Shown one piece after another: positions 16,822-24,470 of a stretch of 32,000 nucleotides of DNA. The notes under the pieces are model-generated. The model was not told the origin of the DNA and ran no database searches. It saw nothing but the letters and a program-made list of their open reading frames with translations. The stretch is from the NCBI RefSeq assembly GCF_017876815.1, contig NZ_JAGIOS010000003.1, positions 330,001-362,000 on the forward strand, read 5' to 3'. Positions within the stretch are counted from its first letter, which is position 1, and each line of letters starts with the position of its first letter. The stretch comes from Sinorhizobium meliloti. GTDB taxonomy: Bacteria; Pseudomonadota; Alphaproteobacteria; Rhizobiales; Rhizobiaceae. Made by a program: the position numbers and the translations under genes.

Positions 16822-17709
16822 TCAGCCGATCACCTTCTGAGCCTCGGCGATGATCCAGTCGCGCACCTTCGAGACGGTCGTTCCTTTCGACGCCTGTCCT
16901 TCGGCGAGGTAGTAGTTCCACGCGCTCCTGGTGCGGATCTGAAACGGCTCGACGAGCAGGCCGCGATCCACATAGGTCCGCGCGAGCGACTGGGTGGTCA
17001 CGATGCAGCCGGCGCCGCTCGCCGCCATTTCCAGCGCGATATTGGTGGAATTGGTGGAAAGCCGCTTGTCGTTTGCGGATGCATCTATGCCGAGCGCATC
17101 GGCCATTTCCTGCCAGAACTCCTGCCGCCCGTGCACGGCGATCCAATTCGATTTAAGAACGTCGGCCGGCGTCCTGATTGCATTCTGGCCGTGGACGAGC
17201 TGGGGCGCGCATAGAAGCACAAGCCGGTCGTTCCACAATTGCATGCCGCTTGCCGGCATGTTGTCGAATCGTCGGATCGAAATCAGGATGTCGGCGATTT
17301 GCTCGGTCGAATCCTCCCAGATCGTACCGTGCAGAAGGATTTCCACGTCGGGATGTTTCCTGCTGAACCCGGCCACGCACCTTGCCAGCCAGTTTTCGGC
17401 AAGGCTCGTTGGGCAGGAGATGACGACGGTTTTGTTGCGTGCCGACGCAAGAACCGCTTCCGTAGCGAAATCGATCTGGTTCAGAGCCTGGCGCAGGGTG
17501 GGAAGAAAGGCCTCGCCCATCTCGGTCAGCTTGAGGCTGCGCGGATAGCGGATGAAGAGCTGGCGCCCGAGATATTGCTCGAGCGCCCGCACATGATTGC
17601 TGATGGCGGCCTGCGTATAGCCCAGTTCGCTGGCCGCCTCGGTGAAGCTGAGATGCCGGGCAGAGCACTCGAAGGAGCGGATGTAGTTCAATGGCGGCGG
17701 CGGCTTCAT
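16822..17709 (-). CDS. LysR-family transcriptional regulator
   Basis: HTH SFECSARHLSFTEAASELGYTQAAISNHVRALE. Start taken at MKPPPPLNYIRSF (ATG 17709, preceded by GGGAA). The 35-aa upstream extension in the track ORF (to 17814) is atypical for LysR proteins. Confidence 0.85.
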   Translation of the reverse strand: MKPPPPLNYIRSFECSARHLSFTEAASELGYTQAAISNHVRALEQYLGRQLFIRYPRSLKLTEMGEAFLPTLRQALNQIDFATEAVLASARNKTVVISCPTSLAENWLARCVAGFSRKHPDVEILLHGTIWEDSTEQIADILISIRRFDNMPASGMQLWNDRLVLLCAPQLVHGQNAIRTPADVLKSNWIAVHGRQEFWQEMADALGIDASANDKRLSTNSTNIALEMAASGAGCIVTTQSLARTYVDRGLLVEPFQIRTRSAWNYYLAEGQASKGTTVSKVRDWIIAEAQKVIG

Positions 17710-17753
17710 CTGAAGTTCCCTTTTGTGCGACGCTAGCCTGCCCGCTCCGGCAC

Positions 17754-17766
17754 TTGCAAGACGCAA
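17754..17766. promoter_or_regulatory. Candidate LysR box (T-N11-A): TTGC-AAGAC-GCAA
   Basis: Inverted repeat TTGC/GCAA with a 5-nt spacer, 13 nt in total, in the 224-bp divergent region between the LysR gene and the MttB-family gene. A CCATG-A-CATGG palindrome and a T8 run follow at 17772-17790. Confidence 0.35.
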
Positions 17767-17933
17767 GCGTGCCATGACATGGTTTTTTTTGGGCATTGCC
17801 GCCGAACTTATCATGTGAAGACCGGTGCATCATTGGCCATAGTTTCGGTGAGCGGAACAGAAAAAGCACAAGTATTCGGAGCAGGCCTTCTGTGGCCTAG
17901 CTGCGCGGATCAGGGGATGAAAGGCAGTTCTCG

Positions 17934-19469
17934 ATGAGCGGCAGACGCGGCGGCGGAAGACGATCGCGAGCAATCCGGGGCGGCGATGGTATCTCGCAGC
18001 TGCCATGGCAGGAGGTCGTCAACACCTATGCCCCGATGCAGCTTCTCGACGAGGAGCGTATTGAGGCCCTTCACCGCAATTCGATGCGCATCCTCTCCGA
18101 AATCGGCATTCGCGTTATGAGCGAAAAGGCGATGGCGCTGTTCGAGAAGGCGGGCGCAATCGTCGACCGCGAGAACCTGATGATCCGCATCGACGAATCC
18201 ATCGTCGAGGCGGCGCTCGCCACGACGCCGTCTTCCTTCACGCTGACCAGCCGCAATCCCGAAAAACGGCTGACGATCGGCGGCAACACGATCGCCTTTG
18301 GGCTCGTGGCAGGTCCGCCCAACGTGCACGACCGGGTCAACGGCCGGCGGCAAGGCAATCTCGCCGATTACCAGAACTTCACGCGTCTGGCCCACCACTT
18401 CAACGCTATCCACATTCTCGGGAACCAGGTCTGCGCGCCGATGGAGCTGCCGGCCAATTCCCGGCACCTCGATACCTACAAGGCGAATCTTACGCTCAGC
18501 GATCTTTGCTTCCACTGCACCGCCATCGGGCGGGGGCGGGCCGTGGACGGCATCAACATGATGGCGATCGCGCGCGGCATCAGCGTCGAGGAGATGAGCC
18601 AATCCCCCGGCGTCATCACGATCATCTCGGTGAACTCGCCGCGGCTTTTCGACGACGCGATGGCGGACGGACTGATCGCCATGGCCGAGCACGGGCAGCC
18701 GGTGACCATCACGCCCTTCACGCTGATGGGCGCCATGACGCCGGTGACGCTTGCGGCAGCACTCTGCCAGCAGAATGCCGAGGCGCTGTTCGGCGTCACG
18801 CTTGCGCAGCTGGTCAATCCGGGTACGCCGGTCATGTATGGTGCATTCACGTCCAATGTGGACATGCGCTCCGGCGCCCCCGCCTTCGGCACGCCGGAGA
18901 ACGCCAAGGCCAACATTATCGCGGGCCAGCTCGCGCGGCGCTACAAGCTTCCCTATCGCACGTCGAACGCAAATGCCTCTAACGCCGTCGACCTTCAGGC
19001 AGCCTACGAGACGGAAATGGCGACTTGGGGTGCGGTGCTCGGGGGTGCCAACCTCATCTATCACGCGGCGGGATGGCTCGAAGGCGGCCTCACGGCCTCC
19101 TATGAGAAGCTCGTGCTCGATGTGGAGATCCTGCAGAACATGATGGGCTTCCTCGAGCCCATGCCCTTCTCCGAGGACGATCTCGGCTTCGACGCTATCA
19201 GATCCGTACCGGCGGGCGGGCACTTCTTCGGTTCCGAACACACGATGGCGCGATACGAGACGGCCTTCTATCAGCCGATGCTGTCCAACTGGCAGAATTA
19301 CGGCAGCTGGCAGGAAGCCGGCGGCCGCGACGCGCTGGAGCGCGCGACCGACATCTGGCAGCAGGCCCTGCGAGAATATGAGGAGCCGGTACTCGACCCG
19401 GCGATCCGGGAAGAGCTCGATGCCTACATGATCAAGCGGCGCGCGGAGATCGGGGCGGGCGAACCTTGA
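17934..19469 (+). CDS. MttB-superfamily (trimethylamine methyltransferase-like) protein, non-pyrrolysine type
   Basis: 511 aa, uninterrupted with no in-frame amber codon. Arg/Gly-rich N-terminus followed by LPW...N.Y.P...L..E.IE.LH..SMRILSEIGI, as I recall for bacterial non-Pyl MttB homologues. TIM-barrel-sized body. Confidence 0.8.
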   Translation: MSGRRGGGRRSRAIRGGDGISQLPWQEVVNTYAPMQLLDEERIEALHRNSMRILSEIGIRVMSEKAMALFEKAGAIVDRENLMIRIDESIVEAALATTPSSFTLTSRNPEKRLTIGGNTIAFGLVAGPPNVHDRVNGRRQGNLADYQNFTRLAHHFNAIHILGNQVCAPMELPANSRHLDTYKANLTLSDLCFHCTAIGRGRAVDGINMMAIARGISVEEMSQSPGVITIISVNSPRLFDDAMADGLIAMAEHGQPVTITPFTLMGAMTPVTLAAALCQQNAEALFGVTLAQLVNPGTPVMYGAFTSNVDMRSGAPAFGTPENAKANIIAGQLARRYKLPYRTSNANASNAVDLQAAYETEMATWGAVLGGANLIYHAAGWLEGGLTASYEKLVLDVEILQNMMGFLEPMPFSEDDLGFDAIRSVPAGGHFFGSEHTMARYETAFYQPMLSNWQNYGSWQEAGGRDALERATDIWQQALREYEEPVLDPAIREELDAYMIKRRAEIGAGEP

Positions 19470-19476
19470 GGGGCAG

Positions 19477-20469
19477 ATGAGGGATACGCAGGAAATCCGC
19501 TTTGCGGTATTGATGTTTCCGAACTTTCCGTTGATGGCTTTCAGTTCGGTCATCGAGCCGCTGCGCGCAGCCAACACGTTGTCCGGCAGGCGCTGCTATT
19601 CCTGGCTCACGGTCGCTGCCGGCGAGAAGATCAGCGCGTCGAATGGCATCGGTATCGAGCCGGACTTTCATGTGCGCAACGCACCAGAGGTTGATCGAAT
19701 TGTCGTGTGTTCGGGCGGTGACGCAGAGCATCTCGTCGCGGACGAGGAGATGGCGTGGATCCGCAAGAATCTCCGCGCCGGGGCGCTACTTGGTGCGGTG
19801 GCCGATGCTGCCTTCTTCCTGGCGCGCAAAGGGCTGCTCGACGGCCACTCCTGCACGCTCCACTGGACCAGCCAGCCGGCCTTCAAGGAAGCGTTCCCGC
19901 ATCTCGACATGCGCTCGGACCTCTATGTGATCGACCGCCGCCGCTTCACCTCCGTCGGCGGCATCGGCAGCCTCGACATGATGCTGGACATGATCGGACG
20001 GGACTATGGCGCCGAGCTCGCCGACGGCGTCGCCGGCTGGTTCATGCACAGCCCGCTGCGGCCGGACGCCGATCGCCGGAAGCTGACCTTGCGTATCCGG
20101 AGCGGCATCGCCGACGACCTGGTCCTTTCCGCGGTGGCGATGATGGAGGACGCCATCGAGGACGTTTTGCGGATCGAGGACCTGGCAAGCCGGCTGAATG
20201 TCTCATCCGATAAGCTCGAACGCGCCTTCAAGGCCGAACTTGGCGTGTCGCCCAACAGCTACTATCGCAATCTGCGGCTCGGTCATGCGGCAGACATGCT
20301 GACGCATTCAAACCTCAAGGTGAATGAAGTCGCCGTCGCGTGCGGTTTCGTAAATGCCGCAAACTTCTCCCGCGCCTTCAAAGAGCAGTTCGGATATGTC
20401 CCGCACAGCGTTCGCCGCCGCGTCTCGCGAGCGGGCGAGGCGCCCCGCGCAGTCGCGGGGCTGAAATAA
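19477..20469 (+). CDS. GlxA-family regulator (DJ-1/PfpI-like N-domain + AraC HTH); GbdR/CdhR/SouR-type
   Basis: N-terminal FAVLMFPNFPLMAFSSVIEPLRAAN and GGIGSLDMMLDMI (amidotransferase-like sensor domain). C-terminal AraC HTH (VACGFVNAANFSRAFKEQFGYVP). Starts 7 nt after the MttB-family stop. Confidence 0.85.
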   Translation: MRDTQEIRFAVLMFPNFPLMAFSSVIEPLRAANTLSGRRCYSWLTVAAGEKISASNGIGIEPDFHVRNAPEVDRIVVCSGGDAEHLVADEEMAWIRKNLRAGALLGAVADAAFFLARKGLLDGHSCTLHWTSQPAFKEAFPHLDMRSDLYVIDRRRFTSVGGIGSLDMMLDMIGRDYGAELADGVAGWFMHSPLRPDADRRKLTLRIRSGIADDLVLSAVAMMEDAIEDVLRIEDLASRLNVSSDKLERAFKAELGVSPNSYYRNLRLGHAADMLTHSNLKVNEVAVACGFVNAANFSRAFKEQFGYVPHSVRRRVSRAGEAPRAVAGLK

Positions 20470-20560
20470 TGAAGCCGCGCGGATTCTGGCATAGATCCTG
20501 CGGAATCGGCGCAAATGCGCGCTCCGACTCTTCTCCATCCTGCTGGAAAAGGAGAATGTC

Positions 20561-21865
20561 ATGAGCATTGTTGTATTCGATCCCGACAGCGTGGATGACG
20601 TGGACTTCAAGGACCGGATGCGCCATCCGGAGACAGCCGATCCGGCCGGCGGCATGTGGCTTTCGGACACGGAACCGTCCTTTATCGACGCCGACGCCCT
20701 GCGCAACGGGCGTTTGAAGAAGCTTCGCGACTGGATGCGCGCTGCCGGTTACGGCGCGGTGGTCCTTTTCGACCCCTATAACCAACGCTACGCGACGGGC
20801 TCCCGAAACATGTTCGGGTATTTCCTGCGTAACTCCACCCGCTATTTCTTCATCCCCACTGAAGGTCCGGTCGTCCTCTTCGAATATCCGCAGAGCTATC
20901 ACGTCTCGATGGTCCTCGACACGATAGACGAGGCTCGCCCCTCCAAGCTTGTCTGGTCCTCCGTCTCCGGTAAGGACGACGAGACCGCCGGGCCGTTCGC
21001 GGACGAGATTACCGATTTGCTCAAGCAGCATGGCGGCGGGTCGATGAAGCTCGGCATGGACCGCTGCAGCCATCTGCAGGCACTGGCGCTCGAAAAGCGC
21101 GGGTGCGAGGTGAAGGACTGCCAGGGCGAAATTCTCGCCGTCAGGGCCGTCAAGACTCCTGAAGAGATCAAATGCCTACAGGTATCCATGGCCGGCGCCG
21201 AAGCTGCCGTGGCCGCCGTGCGCGAAGCGATCAAGCCGGGCGTTTCCGAAAACGAGCTCTTCGCGATCATGTATCATGAAGTGATTCGGCAGGGCGGCGA
21301 GTTCATCGAGACCCGGCTGCTGAGTTCCGGCCAGCGAACCAATCCCTGGTTCAACGAGGCAAGCGGCCGCAAGATCAGGCCGGGTGAGCTCGTGGCCCTC
21401 GATACCGATACGATCGGCTGCTACGGCTACTATTCCGATTTCTCGCGAACCTTCCGCTGCGGTCCCGGTAAGCCGACCCCTTACCAGAAGTCGCTCTACC
21501 GGATGGCCTACGACCAGGTTCAGCACAATATCGACATCGTCAAGCCGGGTATGGCCTTCCGCGAGATCGCCGAAAAGGCCTGGAAGATACCAGACCGCTT
21601 CGTCGATCAGCGTTACACGTCCGTGATGCACGGCGTCGGCATGCACGGCGAGACGCCGTTCATCGCCCATGCGATGGACTACGAGACCTACGGTCGCGAT
21701 GGACATCTCGTGCCCGGAATGGTCGTGTCGGTCGAAAGCTATATCGGCGAAAAGGGCGGCCGAGAGGGCGTGAAACTCGAAGACGAGATCCTCATTACGG
21801 AGAACGGCACGGAGCTCCTGTCGCGCTTTCCCTATGAGGACGAATTCCTGAGCGGGGAGACTTGA
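20561..21865 (+). CDS. M24-family metallohydrolase (creatinase/prolidase fold), DddP-like by eye
   Basis: Creatinase_N-like segment (RLKKLRDWMRAAGYGAVVLFDPYNQRYATG). Metal-ligand pattern ALDTDTIGCYGYYSDFSRTF, MHGVG, VSVESY, KLEDEILITENG. AAGGAG SD before the ATG. Confidence 0.8.
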   Translation: MSIVVFDPDSVDDVDFKDRMRHPETADPAGGMWLSDTEPSFIDADALRNGRLKKLRDWMRAAGYGAVVLFDPYNQRYATGSRNMFGYFLRNSTRYFFIPTEGPVVLFEYPQSYHVSMVLDTIDEARPSKLVWSSVSGKDDETAGPFADEITDLLKQHGGGSMKLGMDRCSHLQALALEKRGCEVKDCQGEILAVRAVKTPEEIKCLQVSMAGAEAAVAAVREAIKPGVSENELFAIMYHEVIRQGGEFIETRLLSSGQRTNPWFNEASGRKIRPGELVALDTDTIGCYGYYSDFSRTFRCGPGKPTPYQKSLYRMAYDQVQHNIDIVKPGMAFREIAEKAWKIPDRFVDQRYTSVMHGVGMHGETPFIAHAMDYETYGRDGHLVPGMVVSVESYIGEKGGREGVKLEDEILITENGTELLSRFPYEDEFLSGET

Positions 21866-22545
21866 TGAAGAAACCGTTGCGGATCGACCGCGCGAAAGCC
21901 GCCGCCCTTTTTATCGATCTCCAGGAGGAGCATCGCCGCGACGAGCGCTATCTCGTCGAAGGTTACGATACGGTGCTCGGCAATGCCGCACGCCTTCAGT
22001 CGGCGGCCCGCCGAAGCGGCATCCCCGTCTTTCACTGCGCCTATATCGTCGATCTCGCCGACAATCTTCGCCCGTTCCATCCGATCGGACCGGACGGACG
22101 TTCCGCCTTCAGCGACAAGGACGATCCGCTCACGGCGATTTGCCCGGAGGTCGCTCCGCTTCCGTCGGAGCGGCTGCTTGTCAAAAACGAAGCGAGCGCC
22201 TTCGGCAAGAGCCCCTTGATCGGCGAATTGCGGGACGCAGGCGTGGAATGGCTGGTGATCGCCGGCGTCTGGACCGAGGCTTGTGTCGATGCAACGGTCA
22301 AGGACGCGATCAACCTTGGCCTGCATGTCCTACTCGTCAAGGATGGCTGCGGCAGCGGCGGCCTTGCGATGCACCAGACCGGCATTCTCAATCTGGCGAA
22401 CCGCCTCTATGGCGGTGCGGTCGTCGGTACCGAAGCCGCTTGCGCCCTTCTGGAAGGAGATACGGTCGAAGCATGGCGGGTCGAGGGATCGGTGCCCCTG
22501 CGTTACACTTTCGAGAATGCCGCTAAACTTTACGGCGAACTCTGA
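21865..22545 (+). CDS. Isochorismatase-family cysteine hydrolase
   Basis: Candidate Asp-Lys-Cys triad contexts ALFIDLQ, LLVKNEASAF and GVWTEACVD. The ATG at 21865 overlaps the upstream TGA (TGATG). The track uses TTG 21862. Confidence 0.8.
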   Translation: MKKPLRIDRAKAAALFIDLQEEHRRDERYLVEGYDTVLGNAARLQSAARRSGIPVFHCAYIVDLADNLRPFHPIGPDGRSAFSDKDDPLTAICPEVAPLPSERLLVKNEASAFGKSPLIGELRDAGVEWLVIAGVWTEACVDATVKDAINLGLHVLLVKDGCGSGGLAMHQTGILNLANRLYGGAVVGTEAACALLEGDTVEAWRVEGSVPLRYTFENAAKLYGEL

Positions 22546-22566
22546 CGAGCGTTGATAGGGGCACGC

Positions 22567-22610
22567 ATCAGAGCGGAAGGCCGGGTGTTCCGCCTGCATC
22601 CCGCTCTGAT
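22567..22610 (+). terminator. Candidate intrinsic terminator or large intergenic hairpin
   Basis: Perfect 10-bp arms ATCAGAGCGG / CCGCTCTGAT enclose a 24-nt segment with its own short helix. TTATT follows. It lies 21 nt after the isochorismatase stop. Confidence 0.5.
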
Positions 22611-22695
22611 TTATTGGAATCGGTCACGCGCATGGTTTCAGGTCGAACCGGCCTGAGACATCGTGATGCAGTTTAGGAGAGGCAGGCGGCAACGA

Positions 22696-23358
22696 ATGGA
22701 GATCGTTCGGTTCATCATCGACAATCTGGACATCATAGGCACGCGGACGATCGAGCACATTTCGATCGTCTTCCTGGCGGTTGGGATTGCGATCGCGACG
22801 GCCGTTCCGATCGGGGTTGCGATCACGCAGTCGAAGAGCACGGCCGACACCGTTCTCTATCTCGCGTCGATGATGATCACCGTTCCCTCGATTGCGCTGT
22901 TCGGCCTGATGATCCCGCTGCTCTCGCCGATCGGGCATGGCATCGGCTATGTCCCGGCGGTCGTAGCCGTCATTCTCTATTCCCAGCTTCCCATCATCCG
23001 CAACACCTACACCGCCATCACCAATGTCGATCCGGCTCTTCGGGAGGCCGCGAAAGGGATGGGGATGAGCACCTGGCAACGTCTGCGCCAGGTCGAAATC
23101 CCGCTTGCCATTCCGGTCATCATGGCCGGCGTCAGGACTGCCGTCGTCATGAACATCGGCGTGACAGCGATTGCGGCCTATATCGGCGCAGGCGGCCTTG
23201 GCACGTTCATCTCGCGCGGCATCAGCCAGTCCGATCCCCGTCAACTGGTGACCGGAGCGCTGGCGGTTTCGCTGCTTGCGATCGCAGCCGACCTTTTCCT
23301 CGCGCTCGTGCAGCGCCTTCTCACGTCACGCGGTATTCAGGGGGAGGTCACGCCATGA
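22696..23358 (+). CDS. ABC transporter permease, OpuCB/OpuBB (betaine/choline/carnitine) type
   Basis: Polytopic membrane protein carrying the binding-protein-dependent permease signature region (LREAAKGMGMSTWQRLRQVEIPLAIPVIMAGVRT). The start is uncertain: ATG 22696, ATG 22666 or GTG 22663. Confidence 0.8.
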   Translation: MEIVRFIIDNLDIIGTRTIEHISIVFLAVGIAIATAVPIGVAITQSKSTADTVLYLASMMITVPSIALFGLMIPLLSPIGHGIGYVPAVVAVILYSQLPIIRNTYTAITNVDPALREAAKGMGMSTWQRLRQVEIPLAIPVIMAGVRTAVVMNIGVTAIAAYIGAGGLGTFISRGISQSDPRQLVTGALAVSLLAIAADLFLALVQRLLTSRGIQGEVTP

Positions 23359-24470
23359 TCCGGCTCGAGAATCTGACGAAACACTACGGCCCGGCGCATG
23401 ATCCGCTCATTGCCGTCGACAATGTGAGTCTAGACTTACCCACCGGAGAGATCTGCGTGCTGCTCGGTCCCTCGGGATGCGGCAAGACGACGACGATGAA
23501 GATGATCAACCGTCTGATCCAGCCAACCAGCGGCAAGGTCTTCATCAACGGCAAGGACACGAGCACCATCGATCCGATCAAGCTGCGGCGGACCATCGGC
23601 TATGTGATCCAGCAGATCGGCCTTTTCCCGAACAAGACGATCGAGGAAAATATCTGTGTCGTGCCGGACCTTCTGGGCTGGGATCGCCGCAAGTCGCGCG
23701 CCCGCGCCAAAGAGCTCCTCGAGCTTGTCGGCCTCCAGCCCGACCTTTTCCTCAAGCGCTACCCGAAGGAACTTTCAGGCGGCCAGCAGCAGCGTGTCGG
23801 CGTTCTGCGCGCCCTTGCGGCCGATCCGCCGGTCATGCTGATGGACGAGCCGTTCGGGGCGATCGATCCGATCAACCGCGAAGCCATCCAGGAGGAGTTC
23901 CTGAAGATGCAGCGGGAGATCCGCAAGACGATCATCTTCGTCTCACACGATCTCGACGAAGCGGTGAAGATGGCGGACAAGATCGCGATCTTCCGCAGCG
24001 GCAGGCTCGAACAATATGCCGCGCCCGACGAACTGCTCGCCCGTCCCGCCAACAGCTTCATCGAAGACTTCCTGGGCTCGGACCGGGCACTCAAGCGGCT
24101 GAGGCTCGTCTCGGTGCGCGACGCCATGGAGACGGGTTTCATCACGGTCCGGAGCTCGGACTCGGTCGAGCATGCGCTTGAGCGCATGCGATCGTCGCGC
24201 AGCGCTGCAGTCTTTGTGCTGAACGCCGACGGCGCACCGCAATCTCTCTTGAGTGAGCAGGTGGCGGAGCTGCGCTCCGGTACGGTGGGCGATCATGCGG
24301 AACCGGTAAAGTCTGCCGTCCCGACCACCGGCGATCTTAGGCAGGCCGTGTCGATAATGTTCGCCCACGACATGCCGCTGCTGCCCTGCGTCGACGAGGG
24401 CGGTCGGATGGCAGGCGTGATGAGCTACCGTTCCATCGTGCACTATCTCGCCCATGGAGCAAAGGCATGA
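23355..24470 (+). CDS. ABC transporter ATP-binding protein with a C-terminal tandem CBS domain (OpuCA/OpuBA type)
   Basis: Walker A GPSGCGKTT. Signature LSGGQQQRV. Walker B VMLMDEPF. CBS-like C-terminal ~120 aa. ATGA overlap with the upstream permease. Confidence 0.9.
   Translation: MIRLENLTKHYGPAHDPLIAVDNVSLDLPTGEICVLLGPSGCGKTTTMKMINRLIQPTSGKVFINGKDTSTIDPIKLRRTIGYVIQQIGLFPNKTIEENICVVPDLLGWDRRKSRARAKELLELVGLQPDLFLKRYPKELSGGQQQRVGVLRALAADPPVMLMDEPFGAIDPINREAIQEEFLKMQREIRKTIIFVSHDLDEAVKMADKIAIFRSGRLEQYAAPDELLARPANSFIEDFLGSDRALKRLRLVSVRDAMETGFITVRSSDSVEHALERMRSSRSAAVFVLNADGAPQSLLSEQVAELRSGTVGDHAEPVKSAVPTTGDLRQAVSIMFAHDMPLLPCVDEGGRMAGVMSYRSIVHYLAHGAKA

Noticed and set aside
16587-17933. Glycine, THF or cobalamin riboswitch in the leaders of the DMGDH-like and MttB-family genes
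   Set aside because: I could not see the conserved cores by eye, for example a B12 box or glycine-riboswitch ACCGAAGG-type repeats. This can only be excluded formally with an Rfam/cmsearch scan.
17934-19469. Pyrrolysine (in-frame UAG) recoding in the MttB-family gene
   Set aside because: The ORF is continuous over 511 codons with no internal amber codon. No pyl genes are visible. This is consistent with the non-Pyl branch of the superfamily.
17910-19577. 555-aa minus-strand ORF opposite the MttB-family gene
   Set aside because: It is antisense to a well-supported gene and has no recognisable motifs. It also bridges two plus-strand genes, which real genes rarely mirror.
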